A DNA stretch of 60,957 bases, counting the filler, from Dugesia japonica (taxonomy: Eukaryota): assembly GCA_001938525.1 (NCBI GenBank). It is 6 parts of 6 records of this genome, joined end to end, with 100 filler letters (N's around TTAATTAATTAA, not from the genome) between each part and the next. Parts side by side here need not be neighbours in the genome. Positions count along the whole stretch, not along the records: positions 33,195 to 42,156 come from MQRL01534884.1; positions 42,257 to 51,292 come from MQRL01530911.1; 4 more parts are not named here. One strand, written 5' to 3'. This document shows positions 37,101-50,187 of this stretch, in pieces; within the stretch, counting starts at the first letter, position 1; every line of letters starts with the position of its first letter. Both the position numbers and the translations under genes were made by a program. The notes beneath the pieces are model-generated. The model searched no databases. It saw only the letters and a program-made list of their open reading frames with translations, and was not told the DNA's origin.

Positions 37101-38913
37101 ATACTGGGACGAAAAAAAAGCGTAATGAGTAAAACTTTAGCTAAGGAAATTAAAAATATTAAATTTAATAACAAAAATGTTAACGACAAGCAAGTTTTAT
37201 GCGCTAATGGCAGTGCCCTAAATATTAAAGATAAGGTAGATATAAAAATTGAATTTAATGGCAAAAAGTGTACTAACAAAATCTTTATTGCTGAAGAGAT
37301 TTATCCCCTTATAATTATGGGAATAGATACTTTAAATTCTCTACAAATCAAATTAATAGAAATAGATAATATAAATCCCATCGTTTTAAATTTACAAGCT
37401 AAGTTTTCAACAAATAATATAAGTATGAATAGTAGTGAGCAATTAATTAAAAAATTAAAATTAAATTACGATAATAGTATTCATGATATTATTGTCAGAT
37501 ATATTGAAATTTTTATGAGCAATAAATGGAATATTGGTAAAACAGAAATTTTAAAACATAAAATGGAAACCGATTGCTAACCGATTTTAATGAAAGCTAG
37601 AAGGTAGTCGATGCACTACGTAGAAAAAATAGTAGAAATTATAAATAATTTAGAAGAAAATAGTATTATAAAATAATGTGAATCCCCATGGAACTCTCCG
37701 ATTGTATGCGTTAAAAAAAGAATCAAATGAAATAAGAATGTGCTTAGATTTCAGATTTTTAAATAAATACACTGTTAGACCTGCTTTTCTAATTCCAAAT
37801 ATTGAGGAGATGCTTGATTCGTTATATGGGGCGCAATATACTTTTCATCCATAGACTTAGAAATGCATACTATCAGGTGGAGTTGGAAGAAGATAGTAAG
37901 TTAAAGACGGCATTTTTGACTAAGATGGGACTATATTGTTTTAACCAAATGCCATTTGGTATTGCTGCTGCTCCATCGACATTCCAAAAATTGATGTCAA
38001 TTATTATTAGAGACGTGATGTGGAAAGAGGCACTGGTTTATCTCGATGATATATTAGTATTTTCAAAAAATCTAAATGAACATAAAGAAAGGATTGAAAA
38101 AATATTTTTANGAATTAAGAAATCGGGGCTTAAAATAAATCTAGATAAATGCAATTTTTTAGTATCCGAATTAAAATTCTTATGTCATATTATAAATAAG
38201 GAAGGGAGTAAAACTGATAATTCAGGGATAGAAGCGATAAACAATTTTGGAAAACCTCGATGCATGAAACATCTTCGCAGCTTTTTAGGTCTAACAAATT
38301 TTTATCGCAAATTTATAAAAGTTTATTCCAAAATTGTCACACCATTGGAAAAATTAATTGAGAATAAAGAGGTAAAAATTAGTTTGGACTGAAAAATGTA
38401 AAGAAGCGTTTAAAAGTCTAAAAGAAAGTCTCACAAAAACACCAATAAATAGATATCAGAATTTTCAGAAAACATTTATTTTAGATACAGATGCAAGTTT
38501 TGATTCAATAGACGCAGTTTTATCACAACATGATGAATATGGAAAAAAAGTTTAAAATGTAACGCAGCAGAAATTGTTTTTGGCAAAAAGATAAACAAAG
38601 AAACGCTTATGCATAAAATCTTAACTTGCGAAAATTCATTAGAATATAATAAACTGTTGAATGATGTTCGGTTTGAAAGAAAGGAAGTTATTCATAATGC
38701 TAATATGATTACTGATTACAATAATGATAAAAGAATTCATAAACATTTCAAAATTGGTGATAATGTGCTGGTAAAACATGACATAAGAGATAAACAGGAT
38801 AATAGATATGGAAGACCTTATAAAATTATAAATGAAATACACAATAATAGCTTTAAATTGAGAAATTCTGAAGGTAAAAGATAGTTTAAAATATAGAATG
38901 GCTAAAGCTATTT
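37040..38913 (+). pseudogene. Gypsy pol (protease, RT, partial RNase H; integrase core deleted)
   Basis: AL.DTG, SPWNSP, AYYQV, MPFG, YLDD, LRSFLGLTNFY, FILDTDAS, then a jump near 38550 to the integrase tail (RYGRPYKI). Confidence 0.9.
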
Positions 38914-39434
38914 AAAACGAGGGGAATGCGAGATGATTACAAAATCATCTCTCAGTGTTTAAATTAATTATGTATGATTGTATGTGTGTATGTAAAGTAT
39001 GTTGATTTATTTGTTTTAGTCCCGTATTATTATATCATAGATTTCCCCAAAACTACTGGCTTCTAAAACAATATATAGAAGCCGATTATGTCATATTGTC
39101 ATAAAATATATTCTAGAAACTCCTGTTGGATTTCTTAATAACATTAGGTAAATCTTCAATTGGTAATTCATTCTACAAATCACAGTTAATATTTTTAGAT
39201 ATAATTTATTTCACTATAACAACACATGCTTAGTGAGATTATTATAATTGAAATAGCACTGATTAGAAATTAAAATTGAATTTGATCACTTACTTTTTAT
39301 TAAATAATAATTACTTCCTTATATCCCCCTTTTTAAGAAACTTATAAGATTTTCCACATTTCTTTCCAATCGCTGTACATTTTCTCTTTAAACTGCATAC
39401 CGCCTTTCATGCATTTTCTCAATTATTCGATAAG

Positions 39435-40125
39435 AGTAGGGACTTAGTTGCGCGCTACAAACCCTCCTCCCCCTCCTCCTAGGGGACAAAAAATTATTGG
39501 TGTAGAATTTTATTGGTCTAAAGTTTAGATGTTTTTCTCACCGTGTATGTATGTAGAATTTGAATCAAGCGATGAGTCATTTATTGCCTCTCGTTGTAAG
39601 TGTTTGAGTGTGTCACACAGATGTTTAATTGTTTTTAAAATTAATTGAAATTATTGGTTTTTAGTTTAAATTAACCGATTCTTTACGATATTTTTGTTTA
39701 AACTAACTGATTTTTACAAAGTTTTGTTAAAATTGAGAGATGTTTAAAAAGGTTTTGTTTAAGTTGACAGAAATTTAATTTTTAATTTGAATTAAATAAT
39801 TTTATGACATTTTTGTTTAAATTAAGTGAACTTATGATGTTATTATGTTACCAATCATGCGACGCTTAATTTTACACTGATCAAGAATATAATAGTTAAA
39901 AATCTAAAAGTTTTATACGCAACAAATAAAATTGACAATATAAAATGAACAAGTGCATTTATGTAATTTTTTTTCAGGCAATATTAACATTAAGATATTT
40001 TCTCCCGGACAATATTATTATTAAGATTTTTTCTCCCAGGGCAATATTAATATTTGGATTTTTTCTCCACGAGCAATATTAATATTAAAGTTAGTTGCTC
40101 CCCGGGCAATATTAAGTTTCAAATA
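39435..40125 (+). mobile_element. Putative Polinton-type terminus with subterminal tandem repeats
   Basis: Begins AGTAGGGACTTAGTTGCGCGCTAC plus a C-rich tract, like 60847 and the reverse complement of 51571. ~32-bp repeats at 39630-39830 and 39975-40115. Confidence 0.45.
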
Positions 40126-40602
40126 GTACGGAATAAAATAATTAAGATAAATAAAATGAAATAAATATAATAAAAAAATAATAATAAATGAAAACAATAA
40201 AATAAATAAATGAAATGAAATAATTAAATGAAATAAAAAAATTCATTTAATTAACAAAATAATATAAATAAAATAAAATAAATAAAAAAATATAATAAAT
40301 AAATTATTTAAATAAAATAAATAAATTAACAAAAATAAATAAAAAGAAAATTAAATAAATAAATTGAATAAGATAAATAAAAAAATAAAATATAATAAAA
40401 AATAATGAAAATAAAATAATTCATTTAAAATAAAAGGAAATAAAAGCTTCGATCAAAATTTTTGTTTTTTTTTATTGATATTTGATAACAATTCAATTAA
40501 TATTTTTAATATTTTAATAATATTTTTAATATTTAAATTGTTATCAAATATCAACAAAAAAATAAAATAAATAAATAAATAAAATCAGAATTATTTATCC
40601 GT

Positions 40603-40787
40603 ATTCATTTAAAATAAAAGCTTCCATTAAAATTTGTATTTTTTAGATTTTAAAAATAATTCAATNTTTCGACTTTGTCTTCTTCGACTTTCAATTCCTG
40701 AAGAAGACAAAGTCAAAATATTGAATTATTTTCAAAATCCAAAAAAATACAAATTTTGATCGAAGCTTTTATTTTAAATGAATTCTG
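40603..40787. ncRNA. Inverted pair of minimal hammerhead ribozyme repeats
   Basis: Plus 40691-40727: TCAATTC-CTGAAGA-A-GAC(AAA)GTC-aAAA-TATT-GAATT. Minus 40658-40685: GAAGA-A-GAC(AAA)GTC-GAAA-nATT-GAATT. Arms about 85 bp. A further tail copy lies at 40438-40498. Confidence 0.75.
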
Positions 40788-42156
40788 NNNNNNNNNNNNN
40801 NNNNNNNNNNNNNNNNNNNNNNNNNNNNNNNNNNNNNNNNNNNNNNNNNNNNNNNNNNNNNNNNNNNNNNNNNNNNNNNNNNNNNNNNNNNNNNNNNNNN
40901 NNNNNNNNNNAATAAATAAATTAATAAAATAAATTAAATAAAAAAGATAAATAAAAAAATAAAATGAATTAAAGAAATTAAACATAATAAAAAAATAATG
41001 AAAATAAAATAATTTCAAAAGATAAATATTAAAATTATAAATTTGTTTCTTTTTTTGCTTCTGTTTTCTAGAAATATTGTCATAGTAATATGGTGTAGGT
41101 TTCATATTAAAAAAAAACAGTCTATTGATATTTTCAATAAAAAAATTGATTTTATTATTTCTTTCTATTAAAAAACAATTCTCGTAAAATATCAATGTGA
41201 ATTATTTTTCCCCTGTAAAGCATCAGTTTTTACATAGAAAATTTGAGAACGAACGTAATAGTTAATATACAAATAATTTTTATTTAGTTTATTTGAATAG
41301 TGAAAGAATTGATAAAAAAANNNNNNNNNNNNNNNNNNNNNNNNNNNNNNNNNNNNNNNNNNNNNNNNNNNNNNNNNNNNNNNNNNNNNNNNNNNNNNNN
41401 NNNNNNNNNNNNNNNTATTGCTAGAATAATTACAAGAAAATTAATCAAAATTAATGAATTAATTATTTTATATGAAAATATTTATTTTTCCATAAGTCAA
41501 TTAATTTAATTGTATTTATATTTCAATGATTCAAACAAAAATATTCTACAACATTTGTTATTAAACGAAAATTAAAATTAAATCTTCAACAGTAAATAGA
41601 TAAAGGTTAAAGAAATATCTAGTCTATAATAAAGATGCGTTTTGATTGGACAATATGGTTATTTGAAGAAATTGCCAAGAAATTTTGGAAATAAGCTTCA
41701 TTTATAAGTAGTATAAATTTCTTAAATAAAAATTAAAAAATTTTATAAAATTATTATTTTGTTTTTCATGAATATTTTGAATGTTTTATANNNNNNNNNN
41801 NNNNNNNNNNNNNNNNNNNNNNNNNNNNNNNNNNNNNNNNNNNNNNNNNNNNNNNNNNNNNNNNNNNNNNNNNNNNNNNNNNNNNNNNNNNNNNNNNNNN
41901 NNNNNNNNNNNNNNNNNNNNNNNNNNNNNNNNNNNNNNNNNNNNNNNNNNNNNNNNNNNNNNNNNNNTTTTCTAACATGAAAATTATTTTAATGAATTTA
42001 AGAAGTTGATTTGTAAATGTTTATTGTTTTAAACTTTATTTTGGAGAGGTTTTATCCTTTTAAATAATGAAAGAGTGACACAAGAATAATATTTCTCTTC
42101 TTGTTTTGATTTTCTTTTGTTAAACGTTTGTATTTATAATTAATTGAATATTGAAA

Positions 42157-42256
42157 NNNNNNNNNNNNNNNNNNNNNNNNNNNNNNNNNNNNNNNNNNNN
42201 TTAATTAATTAANNNNNNNNNNNNNNNNNNNNNNNNNNNNNNNNNNNNNNNNNNNN
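42157..42256. other. Artificial scaffold spacer
   Basis: N44-TTAATTAATTAA-N44. Confidence 0.95.
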
Positions 42257-44099
42257 CAGTTTCATCAGGGTGTTCCACTGCACCCTTAGTTAAGTAATGG
42301 GCAAGAAGCTGCTTCAATCGAGCCGCTCATCGCCGCTGGCGAATCCACCGGAGGGTCCGTCGTAGTCGAGCTGGCATTACTACAAAAATAAATATTAGAG
42401 AAAAACCATATAAACATCAGGGTTCGTCAGCGCCGAGTTGGTAATCAATAAATTAGGGGACTCACATTATCCTTACTCGATATCGTAATGATATTCCCTC
42501 GGTTAAAAAACGATGGATCTATTTTCACTGTCTCCCACTACTCTCAGCATCCTAAATAATAACATGGAANNNNNNNNNNNNNNNNNNNNGACAATGCGGA
42601 GAAGACTTCCAACAATTATCAGACAGATTGGTACCCGTGATAACCGGAAAGTTCTTGATGGAAATAATATTGGAAGGTAGCAGTAACCACAAGACCGACG
42701 ATGGGATTAATAACAATAACAATAGCAGGAGAGGACTGACACGGATGCGCGACAATATTCGTGATAACAACTATTGGACGCAGGATCATAATACTACCAA
42801 CCTGGATCATCGTCATAATAGGCTGGATAATAGTATTCAGGATAACAATTATAATAAAGATCATGGTACTACTAATAATCATAATATTAAATATAATAAT
42901 GGTAACAATAATGACCGCAACAGTGATAATGACGATCACACAACAGTAGTAATCCTAATATTACCAATAGTATCTATACTACTCACCCATAGCGTTAACC
43001 AAAATCCGTGATAATGTCAATGCTAGCCCAGATGGTAATACTAACAGTGACTGTCATAACCGTATCACTGTCAATAATCATGAGAAAAATCATAATAATG
43101 GGATTCGAATACTCTAGTCGATAATGCTCATAATAACAACAATAATCCTGATACCGAGAGCCGAATTAATGGGGTTAGGAATACTCGTAATAATAATATT
43201 AATAAACATAAGAGTAATGAAAAATCACGAGGATAAAAAATCAAACGAGAATGATATTACTGATTGCTATTATGTAGGGAATATTTTCTGTTGGTCGGGG
43301 AAAAATAATNNAATAATTTAATGGGTTTGAATTTATGCGCGTTACTATGGATCCCACCCAAGGTTATTTGTTAGATAATACAGTTAAATCGGTGGGTGTG
43401 TGTCTACTGCGTGTAATATATTTTCTGTGCTTTTACTCACTACTTGCATGTGTGTGGCTATGAATTNNNNNNNNNNNNNNNNNNNNNNNNNNNNNNNNNN
43501 NNNNNNNNNNNNNNNNNNNNNNTTCTGAGTTTATCCGCAACATATTTTCAGAGCATCGATAAATTGTTGGGTTTCATTCTCGATTGAGGTATTTTTTGGA
43601 ATTTAATTCGCTCTGGATTTAACATGACAGGTATTTTATCATATGAACATTCTTTTCACACTGTTATTAGGGATACAGTTATAAATATTTTATGTGATAT
43701 TAATAGATGCGGTTTTATTTTTTCATTATTTTCGGTTTCATCATTTACTTTTATTTGGATTATGTTTATTTTAATTTACTGTTTTAATTTAATAATTTAT
43801 GTAAATCTTATCGGTTTATGTTCCCTACTTTCTGCTGATATATGACAATCACACTATGGTCGGCTGATTCAGTTCTTTGAGCGAATCTAGTATTCCGTTG
43901 GTATATCTCCATTAATACCACAAAATCCCCTTTAACTTCATTGATACTACCAAAACAAAATAAAAGATTATATTAATTATTCCATATGATAAATCTCTCG
44001 TCAAAAACAATAAATTCGAACTAATTAAAAATTTTTTATATTCATTTTAATATGACCAAATAGCATAAATTACACAGACAAATTTTTACTTGGTGCTTT

Positions 44100-45033
44100 T
44101 TTAACAAAATCGAAATTGGTTCTGCAACGGAAGGAGGGTCGAGTAATACTGGATTCTCTTGGATTAGTTATCGGTAATTCAGTGGGTATGCTTTCGACTT
44201 CCTTGAATGGTATTTTTCCTGAATTAAACGTTAATTAGACTATCGTTAAAATTTTCTTTCAACTGACTTCTTGTGCTCTTGTATATACGAGTGGATATAT
44301 TTTCCTTTAGTTTTTTCTCCGATTACTGAACTATTAATTAGTTGTAGATAGCTGTTTGGCTTGACGATAAAAATTTCTCGTAGTTCCGCTACTTAGTAAA
44401 TGCAGTAAAAATGTTGTTTTTTTACTTGACAGTTGAGGGTCCTTTTATAGGATTTTCCGGACACCCCAACTCGTTGTAGATTTGCCGATATTTTTAGAAC
44501 GGCTCTTTCCGGATTCTATTGGTGCTAGCACCAATTTTTAGAAAATTTCTGCCAATTTTGGTGCCATGATTGGCAATTATTTTTAGAACAGCACCTGACA
44601 TCGGTGTCTTTGTTCTAATTTTATTTTCTGGCCGCTGATTGGTCAGATCTTGTAATCCCTATCATACCCCTCTGGAAGGTGGTACGTTTTTTCTTTTTAG
44701 TGTCCTAGTTGCACTGGACTAATTTCTTCGTGATTTTTCTTGCTAGGATAATTTCTGACGTCCGTGGTCAGAGTTATCTGTAAAAAACAGATTTTCGTCT
44801 AATTTTTGTTTATTTTTTGTTTAAAATTAATTAATCTTTTCTGTATTAATTAATTATTTTTTATTATTGTTTTTCTGGTGGTTTCTTTTAAAATTATTAA
44901 TAATTTTAATTGTCGATCCATAATGGGTTCATTTCTTCTACCCCTTCCTCATTGCCTGGCCGTTTCCTTTCATTACCACCTTTATTTCTTTTCTTGGTCT
45001 ACTTTCTACTTTAATGGGTGTTCCACCCCAACA
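44100..45033 (-). mobile_element. LTR-like repeat related to 1-790
   Basis: Minus strand starts TGTTGGGGTGGAACACCC, with CCAAT boxes and TATAAAAG. Colinear with 100-600. Distal end uncertain. Confidence 0.6.
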
Positions 45034-45749
45034 TCTCTAACTTCTTTTCCAACACCTGTTCCTGTTCCGTCAATCGAATTCTCATCCTTAGGATTTCATG
45101 GTCCTTCTAGCGAATCTGCTCCTGAGTGATCCACCAAGGATCCTGGTAATTGCCATACTCCCCGATGGAGTCCCATAAATTCGGCATGTTGTTTAATATA
45201 TTTGTTCGAAAGACACATCCCTCTGGTTTTCATGATTCCTTCGCCATATTTTTTGTCATTGCGGTAAACATTCTAAGAAACATAATGCATTAACGAGTTA
45301 ATGATTAGAAATACATAATATTATTTAAGCATTTAACGTTAGAAAAGAAAAATATTTTAAATAAGTTTTACTACCAATCAACGATCCCTCGTCATTACGG
45401 ATGAGGTTGGATAATCCATAATTCTTTCATGCGCCTATAATCATTTCATATTTATAAACTCATTTCGTATTCATATGATCATTGCATCTTCATATAATCA
45501 TTTCAGGTGCATTCCTCCTTTATTGTTTACTAGTTACACATTCTCCTCCCAATGACGATTGATCCATTGGCCGCATATCATTAAGGATAGAATTATTATT
45601 TCATTACTCTCATTACGATCTATAATAAGAAAAAATCAGTATTAATTCAATGTAATAATATTTTCATAAACATGTACATAAATTAATTAACATACACCGT
45701 TCGATATAAAGTTACTAGAAAAATCGATTAGAAATGTAATAAATAAGTT

Positions 45750-46250
45750 AGGATTCAACCACCACGTTAATTTCACCACTGGATTCTTATAGATATTTTA
45801 TCAATACTTCTCACTATTTTCCACAAATTTCTCTCAGTTGATTTCATGAACATCTAATCGCATCTCTCATCACTACCACCTCGTAACAACTTTAATATCT
45901 TTCGACCTTAACATGTTATCTCATAATAATTTTAATATCTTTCAACTTTACCATAACTTCTTAAATATCTTTCAACTTTACAATAACACTTTTAATATCT
46001 TTCACCTTATCATAACACTTTTAATATCTTTCAACTTTACCATCTCTCATTATCATTATCTCTACACTTCAACATCCTTCATATCGACTTTCATCTACTT
46101 CGACATTTAATAATATTCCTCATGTCAATATAATCATAAATGATGGGTAATCTCGGCTCTATCTCGGATCTCTGGACACTGATGTCCATCGTTGCCGGCG
46201 TTACCAGTCAACGATGAGCATTGTTCCAGTCTTCCGAATCATGTAACTAA
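45750..46250 (-). repeat. Interspersed repeat shared with 60320-60720, containing ~30-bp tandem units
   Basis: ACACTGATGTCCATCGTTGCCGGCGTTACCAGTCAACGAT, ATCGCATCTCTCAT and ATTCAACCACCACGT all match the reverse complement of 60320-60720 in the same order. Confidence 0.75.
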
Positions 46251-47337
46251 ATAATTGCTTTATAGCTTTTCCAATAATACTGATGATAGCTTTTCCTATA
46301 GTACTGATATCTTTTAACAATAACATAATCAGACGTTTTTTAAAATTTTTATAAGAGTTTGCCATTCATTTTGTCTAAAAGCATTTGCATTTATACTAAA
46401 TTTTATCGTCAAATTTGACAGCTCTAGTAGGCTGCTACTTGGAAATTATTTTGGATTCAATGAATCGAGCGGGGCTCACCCGCCGATTTGTGTATGATGC
46501 CTTAATTTAGACATGTATAATATTTCATTTCTTATACCATATTTGCTTAATAGTTTTGTGTGATGACCGGTGCTCAATCGGCATCGTATGTTGTATTAGA
46601 AATTATTCTATGCTACTAGCGATTTGCGATGCCCACCCGTCACATTAAATTACATTTCTTGATATAATGCACGGTGCTCACCCAATACATCGATTGCTTC
46701 ATTGTGCGGTGCTCACCCGTCACAGCTAATTTCAATAAATAATCATGTCACTACGTGCAACGGTTCCAATATAATCTATGATTATTAGACCGGCACGAAT
46801 GCATTTTTAAAATAACAATATTTATGCTAAAATAATAATAATTTTGTAAAGTCTGTTTTGACTTTGTAAATAATAATAAATACATGAATATTTATAAATA
46901 NNNNNNNNNNNNNNNNNNNNNNNNNNNNNNNNNNNNNNNNNNNNNNNNNNATAATAATAAATACATGAATATTTATAAATATTTTATATAATTTAAATTT
47001 TCTCATTTAACTTTTTATCATCTTCCATCTCATATAAATTTCATTTTAAAATTCCACTTCTTTCTATATAAATAATAATATTTATACGATAATAATAATN
47101 NNNNNNNNNNNNNNNNNNNNATAATAATAATTTTAAGTAGTTTGTTGTTTTAATAATTCTGGGCATTTCTACGTAAATAGATATAATTAATTTAATATTT
47201 CTACTAAATTCAAACTGATCTTTTTATTATCCATCATTATATGTAATTCTATTTTCTTAGTTCTATTTCCTTCTTTTTAATTAATAATATTTAACGAAAT
47301 TAATAATAATTTTACATGGTAATTATTTTAATACTTT

Positions 47338-47495
47338 TGTTGGGGCGAAACACCCGGAGGAATGAAAATCAAGGTTGAAGGGGGTCATGACTGGCCAATA
47401 TCAACTTAGGAAACATGGTAAGAAAAGCAAGTGTGAAAAAGCCAGACAATAGTATTAAATGGGAACTCAGAAGATCAAATTCAATATGATTAATT
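47338..47495 (+). mobile_element. LTR 5' fragment of the 1-790 family, followed by a second TG-starting LTR-like sequence at 47496
   Basis: Close reverse-complement match to 630-790. Homology stops where TGTTGGGTATAATAAC begins. Confidence 0.65.
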
Positions 47496-50187
47496 TGTTG
47501 GGTATAATAACTCAACAAAAGATTTTATGGTTTGTATTTAATGTTGATAACAATAAAAATATAATTGAGATTTTATGGGTGTTAAATTTTATCCCTGTGT
47601 GTATGTTCGTACTATATTATATAAGCAATATATGACAATATAGATAAAGTGATATATTGTGTTACCTTATACAAATGAATAAAATAAGCCTTTTAAAAAA
47701 TACCTTTATTATTTTTGGTATATAACAATATAACTATGAAAACTTAGTATCCTATTAGGGAACTACACGTATTTTAACGCCGAGATTAACATTGCCCTTT
47801 CAGGCGAAGAAACCCCATTACTGGGTATTATATTAATATAATTCTTAATAAACTTTGACTGTTGTTATCTTAACTTTAATGGTTATTATTTTATTTTTNN
47901 NNNNNNNNNNNNNNNNNNNNNNNNNNNNNNNNNNNNNNNNNNNNNNNNTAAGCCTTTTAAAAAATACCTTTATTATTTTTGGTATATAACAATATAACTA
48001 TGAAAACTTAGTATCCTATTAGCTTAATTTAATTTGTCAAAGGACTGCTTCCTGTAGAGGTCAGAGTCTTGGCAAATGAAAAAGTCTAATTTTACACCAA
48101 ACAAATTCAGTATTTATACAAAAAATTTTCCAATCACACACACTACATACACACACTACTTACATACAACTCAATAAAATTCAATATTTTTTATACAGAT
48201 TTATTTGTTTCTTATAAAGTTTATTTTAAAATAGTTAATTTATAATTAAAATTTTATAAACATAATATCCTTTCTTTTAATATATACAATTCTTTTTATT
48301 AATTTTTCTCAAAATTACCAACTACTTTTTAAATATATAGTAGCTTGACAATTAACAATAATTCACATTCTAAATAGCACATTCAAAATAACAAAATTAA
48401 TTTACATATAATAAAATTAAATCAANNNNNNNNNNNNNNNNNNNNNNNNNNNNNNNNNNNNNNNNNNNNNNNNNNNNNNNNNNNNNNNNNNNNNNNNNNN
48501 NNNNNNNNNNNNNNNNNNNNNNNNNNNNNNNNNNNNNNNNNNNNNNNNNNNNNNNNNNNNNNNNNNNNNNNNNNNNNNNNNNNNNNNNNNNNNNNNNNNN
48601 NNNNNNNNNNNNNNNNNNNNNNNNNNNNNNNNNNNNNNNNNNTCTGCGTGTTGTGCATGCTGTGTACTCTGTATCTCAACATTGGTTCCTGGATTGCTAT
48701 TGATTCCAGGATTTCTGTTGGTTCCTGTTTTGTTTCTATCCCTTTTACAACCAATAAAAATTATACAAACATACATTAAAAAGTATATAAATAGAGATTT
48801 TTTTTAAATATTTCATTATTTTCAAAATGGTAGATACTCGCCACTCATCACACAAACAATATGAAATGCTCAAGCAGATAGATATTTGCAACAAAGATAA
48901 TGACGAATGCAGTTTACAAAGTATTGTCAATCATCAATCAAGCCTATACACTGAACTATGTGAACAATTTGAATAGGTGTATAGTAAAAAAAGCAGAGAG
49001 AATAAAAGGAGAATACAATCTGGAACCCTTTATGAATCCAATGACAGAAATATCCAACAACGAAATTTTTTTGTATCGATATAAGTTGGAGAAGAAACTA
49101 CAAAAGGGTTTTCATGCTTTGATAGAAATACTTTGATAGTTTGGTGGTAAAAATATTATTAATATTAATAGAATTATTATTATTTAATTAGGTATTAAGA
49201 AAAGAAAAAAGCATTAAAAAACTTTAATTCGATCCAAACGTTCTTGAAAACATGTCATTTTTAATGAAAATCTTGGTAAGGTAACTTGATCCACCAACAG
49301 CAGCTATTGAGATTTTAAGGAAGAAAAAGTAAACATTACCAATAAATTGAACATGGACAAACAATATCAGAGTCAGGAGATAATTAATATAAACAGAACA
49401 AATGTTAAAATGCAAGCTCTATCCATTGCATTTGGTAAACAAAGACAATGTCGTGTGGATAGGAAGAAAAATATTGGTAAAATAGTTTTTATTTTTGTAA
49501 ACTTATTAATTATTAGTTTAGATCCAGTATGCAATTTCAAACAATCACACAAACATCTTGTTTCTTGGTAGTAAAAGATTTTATTTGTTAAGTGTTGTAA
49601 ATATTTTGTATACTTTTATGTGTTGTTTTTTTNNNNNNNNNNNNNNNNNNNNNNNNNNNNNNNNNNNNNNNNATTATTTTAAACATAGAGTTTTTAATTA
49701 AATAATAATTTTTTAAATTACCTTCTTGAATTGATGGTAATATTTTTGATTCGGATACGAAATAATTTCTTTCAATATTATCCAGCATTTCTTCTATAAT
49801 TAGGTCCAAATTCATTATTAGCGGTCATTTAAATTAATTTTGTTTATATTTAACATACATATGTCAGGCACAATGCATGCTTACGTCTTGCATAATGCAT
49901 GTTTGCATTTAAAAAATAAATAATAATAATAAATAAATAATAATAAAAAAAACAAATGATAATAACAACTTTATTTAATTAAATACATTAATGTACAATT
50001 TTGGTCCTAAAGAGAACCGGTTATCCGTTCACAAATGTTTTTTTGGGAATGTTTTCATTTTTTGTATTCATAATCTAAACAAAATCAATTAAAAGAACAT
50101 TTAAAAAATCAATTTATTAACTATCATTGTTTGAGGTTTTGTTCTTGACAAGGCTGGATTGAATGAACGGTTTTATGGAAAAAATAA

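Larger units (their letters stand above)
35572..39143 (+). mobile_element. Ty3/Gypsy LTR retrotransposon with both LTRs and an internal deletion
   Basis: LTRs 35572-35796 and 38927-39143 (TG...CA), 5-bp TSD TTAGG on both sides, PBS TGGCGACCACG at 35797, PPT AAAACGAGGGGAA at 38914-38926. Confidence 0.96.

Noticed and set aside
47684-48022. Direct duplications around gaps (also 46871-46982 and 28843-29013)
   Set aside because: Identical sequence on both sides of N runs points to unmerged contig overlaps.
48645-49571. Broken coding-like sequence with Cys/His residues
   Set aside because: No motif I could assign, so it is left uncalled.
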